From contig CAWFJJ010000001.1 in the NCBI GenBank assembly GCA_963816185.1, forward strand, positions 96,001-160,000: DNA of 64,000 nt. The letters are read 5' to 3'. The DNA is from Thermoanaerobaculia bacterium. GTDB taxonomy: Bacteria; Acidobacteriota; Thermoanaerobaculia; UBA5066. The first letter of the stretch is position 1; the number at the start of each line of letters is the position of its first letter. A program made the position numbers and the translations under genes. Shown piece after piece: positions 19,976 to 29,983 of this stretch. A model generated the notes under the pieces. That model had not been told where the DNA came from, ran no database searches, and was given only the letters and a program-made list of their open reading frames with translations.

Positions 19976-20704
19976 TTTCTCCCCCGGGCGCTCGTTCTCT
20001 TCGCAGTGGTGGTTTTTTCGGCCGAAACACTCGCCGCATCATCGGCAGGCGTAGGAGCCTCGGCGCCCACGCACGGGGTCTTCGGCAAAGTGACTCTCTC
20101 GGGTCCCGTCCCGAAGCTCGCGCCGCGCCCTGTGAACGCGGACGTCGCGATCTGCGGTAAGGCCGACCGGCCCTCGCCGTCCCTCGTCCTCGCGAAAGAC
20201 AAGGGAATCGCGAACGCAGTCGTGTGGCTCGAGGGCGCGAAGGGCGGCGCGCTTCCGAAGGGGCCGTTCCACCTCGACCAGAGGAACTGCCTGTTCGCGC
20301 CGTACGTGCAGGTCGTCAGCAAGGGCGCGCCGGTCGTCTTCGGGAACTCGGACCCCGTGCTCCACAACGTCCACGCGGCGACGGCCGGCGCCGCGCAGAT
20401 CTTCAACCGGGCGATCCCGGTCAGGGGGCAGACTTTCACCGAGACGTTCACGGAGCCGGGTGTCGTCCGCCTCAAGTGCGACGTCCACACGTGGATGACC
20501 GCATGGCTCTTCGTGGCCGACACCCCCTATGCGGCCGTCACGGACAAGGAGGGTCGATTCGCGTTTCCTTCCGTTCCGCCCGGCACCTACCGTCTGAAGA
20601 CGTGGCACGAGCTGTTCGGCGAGAAGTCGCAGCCCGTGACCGTTCCGGCCTCGGGCGCCGCGAAGGCGGACGTCACGCTCTCCCTCCTCGACGCCTCGAA
20701 TTAG
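19853..20704 (+). CDS. Exported carboxypeptidase-regulatory-like / cupredoxin-like protein (start uncertain, inside repeat)
   Basis: LDQRNCLFAP, NSDPVLHNVH, LKCDVHTWM, VPPGTYRLKTWHE. Confidence 0.8.
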   Translation: MTDVKGLRPLRGARNAPLTSDIREEDFRLSGLHQQPRISEGFLPRALVLFAVVVFSAETLAASSAGVGASAPTHGVFGKVTLSGPVPKLAPRPVNADVAICGKADRPSPSLVLAKDKGIANAVVWLEGAKGGALPKGPFHLDQRNCLFAPYVQVVSKGAPVVFGNSDPVLHNVHAATAGAAQIFNRAIPVRGQTFTETFTEPGVVRLKCDVHTWMTAWLFVADTPYAAVTDKEGRFAFPSVPPGTYRLKTWHELFGEKSQPVTVPASGAAKADVTLSLLDASN

Positions 20705-20708
20705 AAAG

Positions 20709-21287
20709 TCAGTTGATCTTCTGCGCGCCGGAGGCGCGGCTGAACTCCGTCTCGAACGCGCGGAACTTCGGGGAGCTCCAGTCCATCTCGCCGACGACGT
20801 GCTGGATGATTTCTCCCGACGGCGCGATGAACCACGTCTCGGGGTAGGCGTCCGTCCCGTAGCGGTGCGCGACGTCACCCCGCGGGTCCAGAGCGACGGG
20901 CAGACCCGAGATCTTGTGCTCTGTCAGCCACGCGTCCACGGTCTTCCAGTCGTCGTCCGTCGAGACCGCGAGGAACTCGACGTTCGCGTCGCCTTTCGTG
21001 TCCGCGACGAACTTCACGAGCGCGGGCATCTCTTCCCGGCACGGCGGGCACCACGTGGCCCAGAAGTGCAGAATCAATCCCTTGCCCGTTTTCGCCGCGA
21101 GGTCGCGGCGCGCTCCGTCGCGCGCGAGGACGATCAGGGATCCGGAAGGCGCCGCGGCCTTCGCGGACGGGGCCGCGGGACGCGGCGCGGCCGACGGGAG
21201 CAAGGCGTCTTTCGCAAGGCACGAGAGCACCGCCGCGACGACGGCGGCGGCCGCAAGGACGACAAAGAGGCGCTTCGAGTCTTTCAT
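20709..21287 (-). CDS. TlpA/ResA-like thiol-disulfide oxidoreductase
   Basis: HFWATWCPPCREEMP, YPETWFI; N-terminal TM. Confidence 0.9.
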   Translation of the reverse strand: MKDSKRLFVVLAAAAVVAAVLSCLAKDALLPSAAPRPAAPSAKAAAPSGSLIVLARDGARRDLAAKTGKGLILHFWATWCPPCREEMPALVKFVADTKGDANVEFLAVSTDDDWKTVDAWLTEHKISGLPVALDPRGDVAHRYGTDAYPETWFIAPSGEIIQHVVGEMDWSSPKFRAFETEFSRASGAQKIN

Positions 21288-22189
21288 GCGCGAGCCGCCG
21301 GCAGCGTCATGGGAAGGCCGAGGATGCCGAGGCGCGAAAGCGGCCAATCATAGGCAATGGGGTCTTCCGGCTTGAGTCGGCGCAGCCAGCCCGTCGCCTC
21401 GCGCGACGCGGCGAGGTCGGCCGTGGGCCGGCGCGTGAGGCCGATGCGGCGCGCGATGCGGTGGAGGTGAACGTCCATCGGCAGGAGCAGCCGCGCGGGC
21501 GTGAAGCGCCCGCCCGCCCAGAGACCGAGGTCGAAGCCCTCCGTCCGGATCATCCAGCGGAGGAACAAATGCTGCCTTTTGCAGGCGGAGCCTGCAGCGG
21601 GAGACGGCAGGAGAAAGCGTAGGCCGCGCGAGGGCGCAGCGGCGCGGGGGGACAGCAGTTGAAGATTTCTTAGAAAGGAAGAGAGAGCGAGCACGTAATC
21701 CGAATGGGCGGTGCGATTCGGGCCGGCGTTACGGATTCCACGGGGCGCTTGCGCTGCGCGCTCTTCACCTTCTAAGAAATTCTCTTTCTCTTCGTCCCCC
21801 TGCGCGAAGAGCGCGCCGAGAGAGCCGTGCGCGCGCCGCGCCCTCTTGACCATTCGAAGAAAATCCTCGACGTCCTTTCCCGTGACCCACCGATGCACGA
21901 AACGCTCGAGGCCCGCGGTTGGCGTTTCGTCCCACTCCTCCAAGAACCCCGCGGGCCGCGGCCCGAGAGCCCCGAGAACGCGCGCGATCGAAGCCTGAAT
22001 GGATTTGACGCGCCCGAAGGCGAGCGAAGCGGAGAGGAAAGCCACGACCTCGCGGTCCGCCGGATCGGCATAACAGTGGGCGAACACGAGCGGGTCGGAG
22101 TCGAGGCGGCGAGACCGCCACTCGACCCTCAGAGTCTCGAGGCGCTCGCCGAGAAGTGCGAGGTTCGGGGGGCCGGCCGGGCGTCTCAC
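21284..22189 (-). CDS. TIGR02757/DUF2400-like protein carrying an in-frame palindromic repeat
   Basis: DPL.FAH.Y..P.DREVVAF.SA.LAFGRV, SACKR..LFLRWMIR, D.GLW, PMDVH..RIA, PEDP..YD. Confidence 0.85.
   Translation of the reverse strand: MRRPAGPPNLALLGERLETLRVEWRSRRLDSDPLVFAHCYADPADREVVAFLSASLAFGRVKSIQASIARVLGALGPRPAGFLEEWDETPTAGLERFVHRWVTGKDVEDFLRMVKRARRAHGSLGALFAQGDEEKENFLEGEERAAQAPRGIRNAGPNRTAHSDYVLALSSFLRNLQLLSPRAAAPSRGLRFLLPSPAAGSACKRQHLFLRWMIRTEGFDLGLWAGGRFTPARLLLPMDVHLHRIARRIGLTRRPTADLAASREATGWLRRLKPEDPIAYDWPLSRLGILGLPMTLPAARA
21665..21780. repeat. Palindromic repeat family A, copy 3 (intragenic)
   Basis: ATTTCTTAGAAAGGAAGAG ... CTCTTCACCTTCTAAGAAAT inverted ends. Confidence 0.8.
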
Positions 22190-22213
22190 GTCTCCTACGC
22201 TAGCATCCTCGCG

Positions 22214-23368
22214 GTGAGCCCGCGACGTCCCGGGAAGGAGGCTCCTCCTCCACCCGAAGAAAAGCCCGACTCCCGCCGCACGGTCCTCGTGGGAGTCTAC
22301 GGGCGCGAGATCCCGAGGGAGACGGCCGAGGACCAGCTCGACGAGCTCGAACGCCTCGTGGACACCGCGGGCGGGCTCGTGGTCGCCCGAACGCTTCAGG
22401 AGCGCCGGGGACCCGATCCCGCGACGTACGTCGGCTCGGGGAAGGTGGAGGAAGTCGCCGAAGCGGCGCGCGCCCTCGGTGCCGGCTGGACTGTCTTCGA
22501 CGACGAGCTCACGCCCACGCAGGCGCGGAACCTCGACAAGAAGCTCCCGACGCAGGTGCTCGACCGGGCCGGTGTCATCCTCCGCATCTTCGCCGCGCGC
22601 GCGCGTTCTCGCGAGGCCATGACGCAGGTCGAGCTCGCGAGGCTCCAATACGAGCTCCCGCGCCTCGCCGGGCCGTCCCGGGGCCTCGCCCAGCAGCGCG
22701 GCGGAGGCGCGTTCCGAGGCGGCGCGGGCGAGCGGAAGATCGAGCTGGACCGCAGGAGGGTGCGCACGCGCATCGCGAAGCTCAAGGAAGAGCTCGCACA
22801 CATCGAGACCCAGCGCGACGTGAGGCGCAAGGGGATGAAGCGCGTCGCGACCGTCTCGCTCGTGGGCTACACGAACGCCGGCAAGACGACGCTCTTCAAC
22901 CGGCTGACGTCCTCGAAGGAATTCGCCGAAGACCGCCTCTTCGCTACGCTCGACCCGCGGCACGCGCGGCTCCAGGGCGTGGGCGGACGGGCGATCGTCC
23001 TCGCCGACACGGTCGGCTTCCTTCGCAAGCTCCCGCACACGCTCGTGGCGTCGTTCAAGTCCACGCTCGCCGAAGTGAAGGACGCGGACCTGCTCGTGCA
23101 CGTCGTGGACGCGTCGTCCGCGCAGGCAGCCGAGCAGCGTGCCGTCGCCGAAGAGGTGATCGCGGGCTTCGGCGTGGAGAAGAGGCGCGTCCTCCTCGCG
23201 TACAACAAGACCGACCGCCCGCATCCCGAAGCGCTCGCGTTGGACGGGATCCGGATCTCGGCGGCGACCGGAGACGGGATCCCCGAGCTTCGGGAGGCGA
23301 TCGTCGCGAGGTTGGCCGCTCTCGGCGCGCGGATGCCTTTCTACGGATCCGGGCATGCCTCCGGCTGA
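22214..23368 (+). CDS. hflX: GTPase HflX
   Basis: ILRIFAARA, QVELARLQY.LPRL, GYTNAGKTT, LFATLD, DTVGF, NKTD. Confidence 0.95.
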   Translation: MSPRRPGKEAPPPPEEKPDSRRTVLVGVYGREIPRETAEDQLDELERLVDTAGGLVVARTLQERRGPDPATYVGSGKVEEVAEAARALGAGWTVFDDELTPTQARNLDKKLPTQVLDRAGVILRIFAARARSREAMTQVELARLQYELPRLAGPSRGLAQQRGGGAFRGGAGERKIELDRRRVRTRIAKLKEELAHIETQRDVRRKGMKRVATVSLVGYTNAGKTTLFNRLTSSKEFAEDRLFATLDPRHARLQGVGGRAIVLADTVGFLRKLPHTLVASFKSTLAEVKDADLLVHVVDASSAQAAEQRAVAEEVIAGFGVEKRRVLLAYNKTDRPHPEALALDGIRISAATGDGIPELREAIVARLAALGARMPFYGSGHASG

Positions 23369-25277
23369 GGGCCGGGATCTCCTCAGCACGCGCACGGAGC
23401 GCCTGGCGTCGGCGGGCTTTCTCGTTGTTGCGGCTCTTCTCGCCGTCACGGCTCTGATCGCGGACAGCGCGGCCTTCGACGAGGTCATCCACCTCCCCGC
23501 CGGCATCGTCCAGCTCGAGACGGGAGATCTTCGTTTCGCGCCGGACCATCCTCCCCTCGCGCGGCTCTGGGCGGCGCTTCCTTCCGCCTTCCTTCCCGTC
23601 GTGCTGCCGGACCCGAACACCGAGGCCTTCCGAACCGGCGAGTTCGTCGCGGTGGGCCGTGAGCTTCTCGAAAAGAACCCCCGACTTCCGCTCCTGACGC
23701 TCGGGCGTCTCATGATCGTCGCGCTGTTTCTCGCGCTTCTGCTTCTCGTGCGCGGCGCCGCGCGCAAGCTCTTCGGCGCGGATGCGGGGCTTCTCGCGCT
23801 CGCCGTCGCTTCCCTGTCACCGTCGCTTCTCGCGCACGGGCATCTCGTGACGACGGACCTGCCCGCCGCCCTCCTCTTTCTCGCGGTGCTCATGGCGTTC
23901 GCCCGCCTCGGCGAGAGGCTTTCTGCGGGCCGCCTCGCTGTGGCTGCCGTCCTGATCGCCGCGCTCGTCCTCACGAAGTACTCGTGGCCGGTCGTCCTTC
24001 CGGCCCTTCTCGCGATGGGTGTCGTCGCGGCCGCCTCGCGCGCCGTGCGCGTCGTCTCGCTCGCCGGCGTCGCAGTTTCCTGCGGGCTCGTCGCATGGGG
24101 GGCGGTCTGGGCGTGCTACGGCTTCCGGTTCTCGCCCTTCCGCGGGCCGCGAACTGCGGAAGCGCGGATGTACGTCCCGATCCAGGCCGGGATCCCCGCG
24201 GCCACGAGCCACGAGGAGGCCTGGAAGACCGTCCTTGAGGATTCCAAAGGCATTCCCTACACCGGGCCGACCGCGGGCTTCGCGCGGTGGGCCAGGCGGC
24301 ACCGCGTCCTTCCGGAGGCATGGATCTACGGGCTCATGCTGCTCAAGAAGATGTCGTATCCCCGCACCGCCTTCTTTCGCGGCGAGATCGGGCCTGGATG
24401 GGCGATGTACTTCCCGGTCGCATTTCTCATCAAGTCCCCGCTTCCCGAGCTCCTCCTCGGCGGTCTCGGGCTGGCGGCGATCGTGGCGCGCCGGGCCCCT
24501 CCGCACGATGCCCTCCTGGCGACGGGCCTCGTGGTCTTCGCACTTTCGTACGGCGTCTTCGCAGTGCTCGCGACGCTGAACATCGGCGAGCGCCACCTTC
24601 TGCCGCTCCACCCGGTCCTCGCCGTCGTCGCCGGGGCGGCCGCGGCGTGGGCACTGACCCGACGGGGGAAGGCGCTCCTCCTCGCGCTCGTCCTCTGGCT
24701 GGGAGCGGAGACGGCGCTCGTTCATCCGAACGAGCTCGGCTACTTCAACGAAATCGTGGGGGGCTGGAGAAACGGCTGGAGATGGCTCGCCGACAGCAAC
24801 GTCGACTGGGGCCAGGACCTCGCGCGCCTCGCCCGTTGGACGAAGGAAAACGGCGACCCGGAGGTCAAGCTCGCGTATTTCGGCGCGCTGGATCCGCGCG
24901 GGCTCGTCTCCAAGATCACGAATCTCTGGAGCGCGTATCCGTTCGGCGAGCCGGCTCGCCTCACGCCCGGCGTCTACGTTGTGAGCGTGAACCAGCTCCT
25001 CGGGCTCTTCATTCCGGTGGCGCGCGACGAGTTCTGGGAGAGGCCTGGGACCCGGGACTGGTACGCGAGCCGATGGGAGATGGCGCGCGCGTCGGGCTTT
25101 GCCCGCCCTCCGGGCCTGGCGGGACGAGAGGCGGCGGCGTGGGAGGCGTTCGAGGCGGTCGAGAGGGGCCGCCTGCTCCGCGCGCTCCGGACGCGCCCCC
25201 CGGATGCCTTCATCGGGACGTCGCTGCGCGTCTACCGCCTCTCCCAGACCGACCTGGATGCGATCCTGTCGCCCTAG
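23355..25277 (+). CDS. GT-C (ArnT/PMT-like) membrane glycosyltransferase
   Basis: FDE..HL..G, HPPLAR, HGHLVTTD, NIGERHLLP, LADSNVDWGQDL. Confidence 0.8.
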   Translation: MPPAEGRDLLSTRTERLASAGFLVVAALLAVTALIADSAAFDEVIHLPAGIVQLETGDLRFAPDHPPLARLWAALPSAFLPVVLPDPNTEAFRTGEFVAVGRELLEKNPRLPLLTLGRLMIVALFLALLLLVRGAARKLFGADAGLLALAVASLSPSLLAHGHLVTTDLPAALLFLAVLMAFARLGERLSAGRLAVAAVLIAALVLTKYSWPVVLPALLAMGVVAAASRAVRVVSLAGVAVSCGLVAWGAVWACYGFRFSPFRGPRTAEARMYVPIQAGIPAATSHEEAWKTVLEDSKGIPYTGPTAGFARWARRHRVLPEAWIYGLMLLKKMSYPRTAFFRGEIGPGWAMYFPVAFLIKSPLPELLLGGLGLAAIVARRAPPHDALLATGLVVFALSYGVFAVLATLNIGERHLLPLHPVLAVVAGAAAAWALTRRGKALLLALVLWLGAETALVHPNELGYFNEIVGGWRNGWRWLADSNVDWGQDLARLARWTKENGDPEVKLAYFGALDPRGLVSKITNLWSAYPFGEPARLTPGVYVVSVNQLLGLFIPVARDEFWERPGTRDWYASRWEMARASGFARPPGLAGREAAAWEAFEAVERGRLLRALRTRPPDAFIGTSLRVYRLSQTDLDAILSP

Positions 25278-25374
25278 CCCGCGACCACACGGAATAACGT
25301 TTCCATCTTCCTCCATGACAGGAGGGCCGGATCTCCCTTCGTAATACGATCTGTCACGCCCGGGAGGTATCGCC

Positions 25375-26523
25375 ATGAGCACACCCATCGAATATCGCCG
25401 GCGCGGACAGGCCGTGTGGCTGGACACCATCTCCTCGAAGATGATCCATTCGGGGCGGCTGTCGTCCCTGATCGAGGCCGGCTCGGTCTACGGGGTGACG
25501 TCGAACCCGACGATCTTCGGACAGGCCATCGTGAAGAACGAAGGAGACTACAACGCGCACCTCGAGCGCCTCGCGCGCGACGGGAAGGACGCGTTCGCGA
25601 TCTACGATGCGCTCACGCGCCAGGACATCGCCGAGGGCGCGGATGTTTTTCGCGCGCTGCACGAGAAGAACCCCGTGGACGGATGGATCTCACTCGAGGT
25701 CCTCCCCTCGCTCGCGGCCGACACGCAGAAGACCATCGCCGAGGCGAAGCGTCTCTCGTCCGCGCTCGGCCGGCCGAACGTCTTCATCAAGGTGCCTGCG
25801 ACGTCCGCCGGCATCCCCGCGGTCCGGCGCCTGATCGGCGAGGGCGTCTCGATCAACATCACGCTCATGTTCAACCGCAAGCATTACCGCGAGGTCGCGA
25901 ACGCCTATCTCGGGGGCCTGTCGGATTTCGCGGCGAAGGGCGGAGACCTCCCGCGCGTCCACTCGGTCGCTTCGTTTTTCGTCTCGCGCGTCGACACGCT
26001 CGTCGACAAGCTCCTCGGGGAGAGGATCCAGAAGGCCTCGGGGGCGGAGAAGACGCGCCTCGAAGGTCTCCTCGGCAAGGCGGGCCTCGCGAACTCGAAG
26101 GTCGTCTACGAGGACTTTGTCGCGATTTTCAAAGGAGCGCCGTTCGCCGCCCTCCGTTCGAAGGGCGCGCGTTTCCAGCGGCCGCTCTGGGCGTCCACGG
26201 GCACGAAGAACCCCGCTTACTCCGATCTCCTCTACGTGGAGAACCTCATCGGCCCGGACACCGTGAACACGATGCCCGAGAAGACCCTGGAGGCGCTCCT
26301 CGATCACGGCCGGACGCCCGGTGACACCGTGCTGGAAGGAGTCGCCGAAGCGAAAAAGACGCTGGACGACCTTCGTGCCGTCGGGATCGACGTCGAGGCG
26401 GTCGGCGAGCAGCTCCAAAAGGACGGCGTCGCCCTCTTCACGAAATCCTACGAGGAGCTCCTCGCGGCGATCGAGTCGCGCCGCGCCGAGGCCGTGAAGG
26501 CGTCCGCGGGAGTGAAAGCGTGA
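25375..26523 (+). CDS. tal: Transaldolase
   Basis: WLDTI, GVTSNPTIF, FIKVPAT, NITLMF, ASFFVSRVD, RPLWASTG. Confidence 0.95.
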   Translation: MSTPIEYRRRGQAVWLDTISSKMIHSGRLSSLIEAGSVYGVTSNPTIFGQAIVKNEGDYNAHLERLARDGKDAFAIYDALTRQDIAEGADVFRALHEKNPVDGWISLEVLPSLAADTQKTIAEAKRLSSALGRPNVFIKVPATSAGIPAVRRLIGEGVSINITLMFNRKHYREVANAYLGGLSDFAAKGGDLPRVHSVASFFVSRVDTLVDKLLGERIQKASGAEKTRLEGLLGKAGLANSKVVYEDFVAIFKGAPFAALRSKGARFQRPLWASTGTKNPAYSDLLYVENLIGPDTVNTMPEKTLEALLDHGRTPGDTVLEGVAEAKKTLDDLRAVGIDVEAVGEQLQKDGVALFTKSYEELLAAIESRRAEAVKASAGVKA

Positions 26524-28461
26524 TCCTCGGGACCTTCGACGCTCCCGATCTGAACGACGAACAGGCGAAGACGCTGGCCGACCTGGCCCGCGCCGCGCGC
26601 GGCGACATCCTGAAGATGACGACGCTCGCCGCCTCGGGGCACCCCGGCGGCTCCATGTCGTCTCTCGACTTCCTCCTCGTCCTGTGGGGCTTCGGGAACT
26701 GCGACCCGAGGAATCCTTTCAAGGAGGATCGCGACCGCGTCGTGATCAGCCACGGGCACATCTCTCCCGGCTCGTATGCGGCGCTCGCGCGGCTCGGGTA
26801 CTTCGATCCCTCCCTGCCTTTCCTGGGCTTTCGTCGCGGCGGCTCGCCGTTCGAGGGACACGTCGAACGGGACGTGCCGGGTATCGACTGGGGCACGGGC
26901 AACCTCGGGCAGGGTTTCTCGGCCGCCGTGGGCTTCGCGCTGGCGGCGAAGATCAAGGGGAACGGCGCGCGCGTGTTCTGCGGGATGGGAGACGGCGAGC
27001 AGCAGAAGGGCCAGCCCTCGGAGGCACGCCGATTCGCCGTGCGCTACGGCCTGACGAACCTCGTTGCCGTCCTCGACTGGAACCACGAGCAGCTCTCCGG
27101 AAGCAACGCGGACATCATGCCGCAGCACATCGTCGCCGACTGGGAGGCGGACGGCTGGGGGGTCATCGAGGTCGACGGCCACGATGTCAGAGCCGTTTAC
27201 CGTGCCGTGCGCGCGGCTCTGAACGCGAGCCGCCCGACGCTCGTCGCCTGTCGCACGGTCATGTCGAAAGGCGTCCCCTTCATGGAGAGGGAGGGGTTCA
27301 AGTGGCACGGGGCCGCGCTGTCCGTCGACAAATGCCACGAAGCGCTCGCAATCCTGGGCGCGACCGACGATCTCGACCACTGGATCGCCGAGAGAAAGAA
27401 GCCCGCGCCCGACTGGCACCGCGTCCTCCCGCATCGCCCGGACGAGGCGGTCTCTTAGTCCCGAGGGTGGCAAGCCGCGGACGTACGCTGCCGACGCGAA
27501 GACCGATAACCGGAGCGCGTTCGGCGCCGCTCTCGCCGATCTCGGGACGCTGTCGGCGTCCTCGGGGGTCCCGATGGCCGTTCTGGACTGCGACCTTTCG
27601 GTCTCGACGAAGACGGACAAGTTCCTCGAGACGCATCCGAAGAGCTTCTTCCAGGGCGGCATCGCGGAGCACAACGCGGCCGTCGTGGCGGGCGCTCTGT
27701 CCCTCGCCGGCGTCGCGGCGTGGTGGGGCGAGTTCGCGATGTTCGGCGTGGCCGAATCGTACAACCAGCAGCGCCTCAACGACATCAACGAGACGAACGT
27801 GAAGCTCGCCGTGACGCACTCCGGGATCGACGTGGGCGAGGACGGCAAGACGCACCACTCCATCGACTACTTCGGCCTCCTGAATTCCACGTTCGGCTGG
27901 AAGGTCTTCACGCCGGCCGATCCGAACCAGACCGACCACATCGTGCGGTGGATGGCGACGCATCGCGGAAACCACGCCCTCGTCATGGGGCGCTCGAAAA
28001 TTCCGGTCGCGCTGAAGGAGGACGGGACGCCGTTCTTCGGGGGCGACTATGCCTTCGATCCGGCGCGCGCCGACAGGATCCGCGAGGGCGAAGGCCTTTC
28101 TCTCGTTTGCGCCGGCAACGTGCTGCCGTACGCGCTGGACGCGTGGAACGCGCTCGCGAAGGAAGGGACGCGCGTCGACCTCGTGTCCGTGGCCGCGTGG
28201 AGCGACCTTTCGGACCCGGATCTCGCGCACATCGCGCGGCACGGGGTCGTCGTCACCGTCGAGGATCACAACCCGAAGACGGGTCTCGGGACGTGGATCC
28301 AGGCCCGCCTCAACGACCTCGGCCATTCGGCGCGCGTCAAGAAGATGGGCGTCACGTTCTATTCGTCGTCGGGGCCCGCGAAGGAGCTTTACGCGCTCAT
28401 GGGCCTCGACGGGCCGGCCATCGCGAAAGCGGTCCGCGAAGCGATGTCTTCCAAGCGCTGA
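26520..28461 (+). CDS. tkt: Transketolase (frame break at ~27455)
   Basis: SGHPGGSMS, SHGH, GDGE TPP motif; +1 frame continues SPEGGKPRTYAADAKTDNRSAFG, GIAEHN, GEDGKTHH, VEDH. Confidence 0.9.
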
Positions 28462-28477
28462 CGCCGGAGGAGAAACG

Positions 28478-29983
28478 ATGTCGAGCGCGATCACGACCGA
28501 CCCCGCGACGATCGTCATCTTCGGAGGCTCGGGCGACCTCAGCAAGCGCAAGCTCGTGCCCGCGCTCTTCGAGCTGCATCGGGAAAAGCAGCTTCCCCTC
28601 GCGACGGCCATCGTCGGATACGCGCGGACGGGCGAGTCCGACGAGAGCTACCGCGCCGAGATGAAGGCCGCGGTCGCCGAGTTCGCCCGGAAGAAGCCCG
28701 TCGAGGACGAGGAGTGGAGCTCTTTCGCGTCCCGGCTCTTCTTCTTCCGGGGCGACCTGAAGATTTCGAAGAACTACGCCGACCTCAAGGCGCGCCTCGA
28801 GTCGGTCGAGAAGGAGCGGGGTCTGCCCGGGAACAGGCTCTTCTACCTCGCGATCCCGCCCTCCGCGATCGGCATCGTGGTGGCCAACCTCGGCCAGGCC
28901 GGCTTCGTCTATCGGATCGACGGCGGCCCGTGGTCGCGCGTCATCGTGGAGAAGCCGTTCGGGCGCGATCTCCAGACGGCCCGCGCGCTGAACGAGGAGC
29001 TGGCTCACGTCTTCCGCGAGCGCCAGATCTTCCGCATCGACCATTACCTCGGCAAGGAGACCACGCAGAACATCCTCGTCCTGAGGCTCGGAAACGGCAT
29101 TTTCGAGCCGATGTGGAACCGCCGCTACGTCGACCACGTGCAGATCACCGTCGCCGAGTCCATCGGCGTCGAGAACCGGGGGAAGTTCTACGAGGAGGCC
29201 GGAGTCCTCCGTGACATCATCCAGAATCACGTTCTTCAGCTCCTGTGTCTCGTCGCGATGGAGCCGCCCGTCGCCTTCGACCCGAACGCCGTACGCGACG
29301 AGAAGGTGAAAGTGCTGAGGTCCATCCAGCCGCAGTCGCCCGACGAGATCCTGCGCGACAGCGTGCGCGGACAGTACGGACCGGGTGCGGTGGACGGGCA
29401 GCCGGTCGTGGGCTATCGCGCGGAGAAGGACGTCAACGCGATGTCGCTCCGCGAAACCTACGCGGCATGGAAAGTGCAAATCGAGAACTGGCGGTGGGCC
29501 GGCGTGCCGTTCTACCTGCGCGCCGGAAAACGGCTGGCCAAGCGCATCACGGAGATCGCGATCCAGTTCAAGACGCCGCCGATCGCCCTTTTCCGACAGG
29601 TCGGAGTCCTCCGGCAGGAGCCGAACGTCCTCGTCCTGCGCATCCAGCCCGACGAGGGTGTCGCCTGGAAGTTTGGGGCGAAGGTGCCCGGGCCCGTGAC
29701 GAAGATCGATACCGTCACGATGGACTTTCGTTATCGCGAGTTCTTCGGCGCGTCGCAGCCCGAGGCCTACGAACGGCTCCTCATGGACGCGATCCACGGC
29801 GACTCCACGCTCTTCGCGCGGCGCGACGAGGTCGAAGCCGCCTGGGAGCACGTGACGCCGCTCCTCGACGTGTGGCGCGACAACCCGCCTCTGGACCACC
29901 CGAACTACGAGGCGGGCACCTGGGGGCCCGACGCGTCCGTGGCGCTCCTCGCGAGGGACGGGAGACGTTGGCGGAGGCCGTGA
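28478..29983 (+). CDS. zwf: Glucose-6-phosphate 1-dehydrogenase
   Basis: GGSGDL, EKPFG, RIDHYLGKE, RWAGVPFYLRAGK. Confidence 0.97.
   Translation: MSSAITTDPATIVIFGGSGDLSKRKLVPALFELHREKQLPLATAIVGYARTGESDESYRAEMKAAVAEFARKKPVEDEEWSSFASRLFFFRGDLKISKNYADLKARLESVEKERGLPGNRLFYLAIPPSAIGIVVANLGQAGFVYRIDGGPWSRVIVEKPFGRDLQTARALNEELAHVFRERQIFRIDHYLGKETTQNILVLRLGNGIFEPMWNRRYVDHVQITVAESIGVENRGKFYEEAGVLRDIIQNHVLQLLCLVAMEPPVAFDPNAVRDEKVKVLRSIQPQSPDEILRDSVRGQYGPGAVDGQPVVGYRAEKDVNAMSLRETYAAWKVQIENWRWAGVPFYLRAGKRLAKRITEIAIQFKTPPIALFRQVGVLRQEPNVLVLRIQPDEGVAWKFGAKVPGPVTKIDTVTMDFRYREFFGASQPEAYERLLMDAIHGDSTLFARRDEVEAAWEHVTPLLDVWRDNPPLDHPNYEAGTWGPDASVALLARDGRRWRRP

Noticed and set aside
21284-23974. Very long antisense or alternative-frame ORFs (896 aa here; also 34232-37195, 50187-53510, 56550-60509, 57407-60535, 60370-63972)
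   Set aside because: Shadow ORFs of real genes, Arg/Ala/Pro-rich with no motifs; only the segments annotated above are supported
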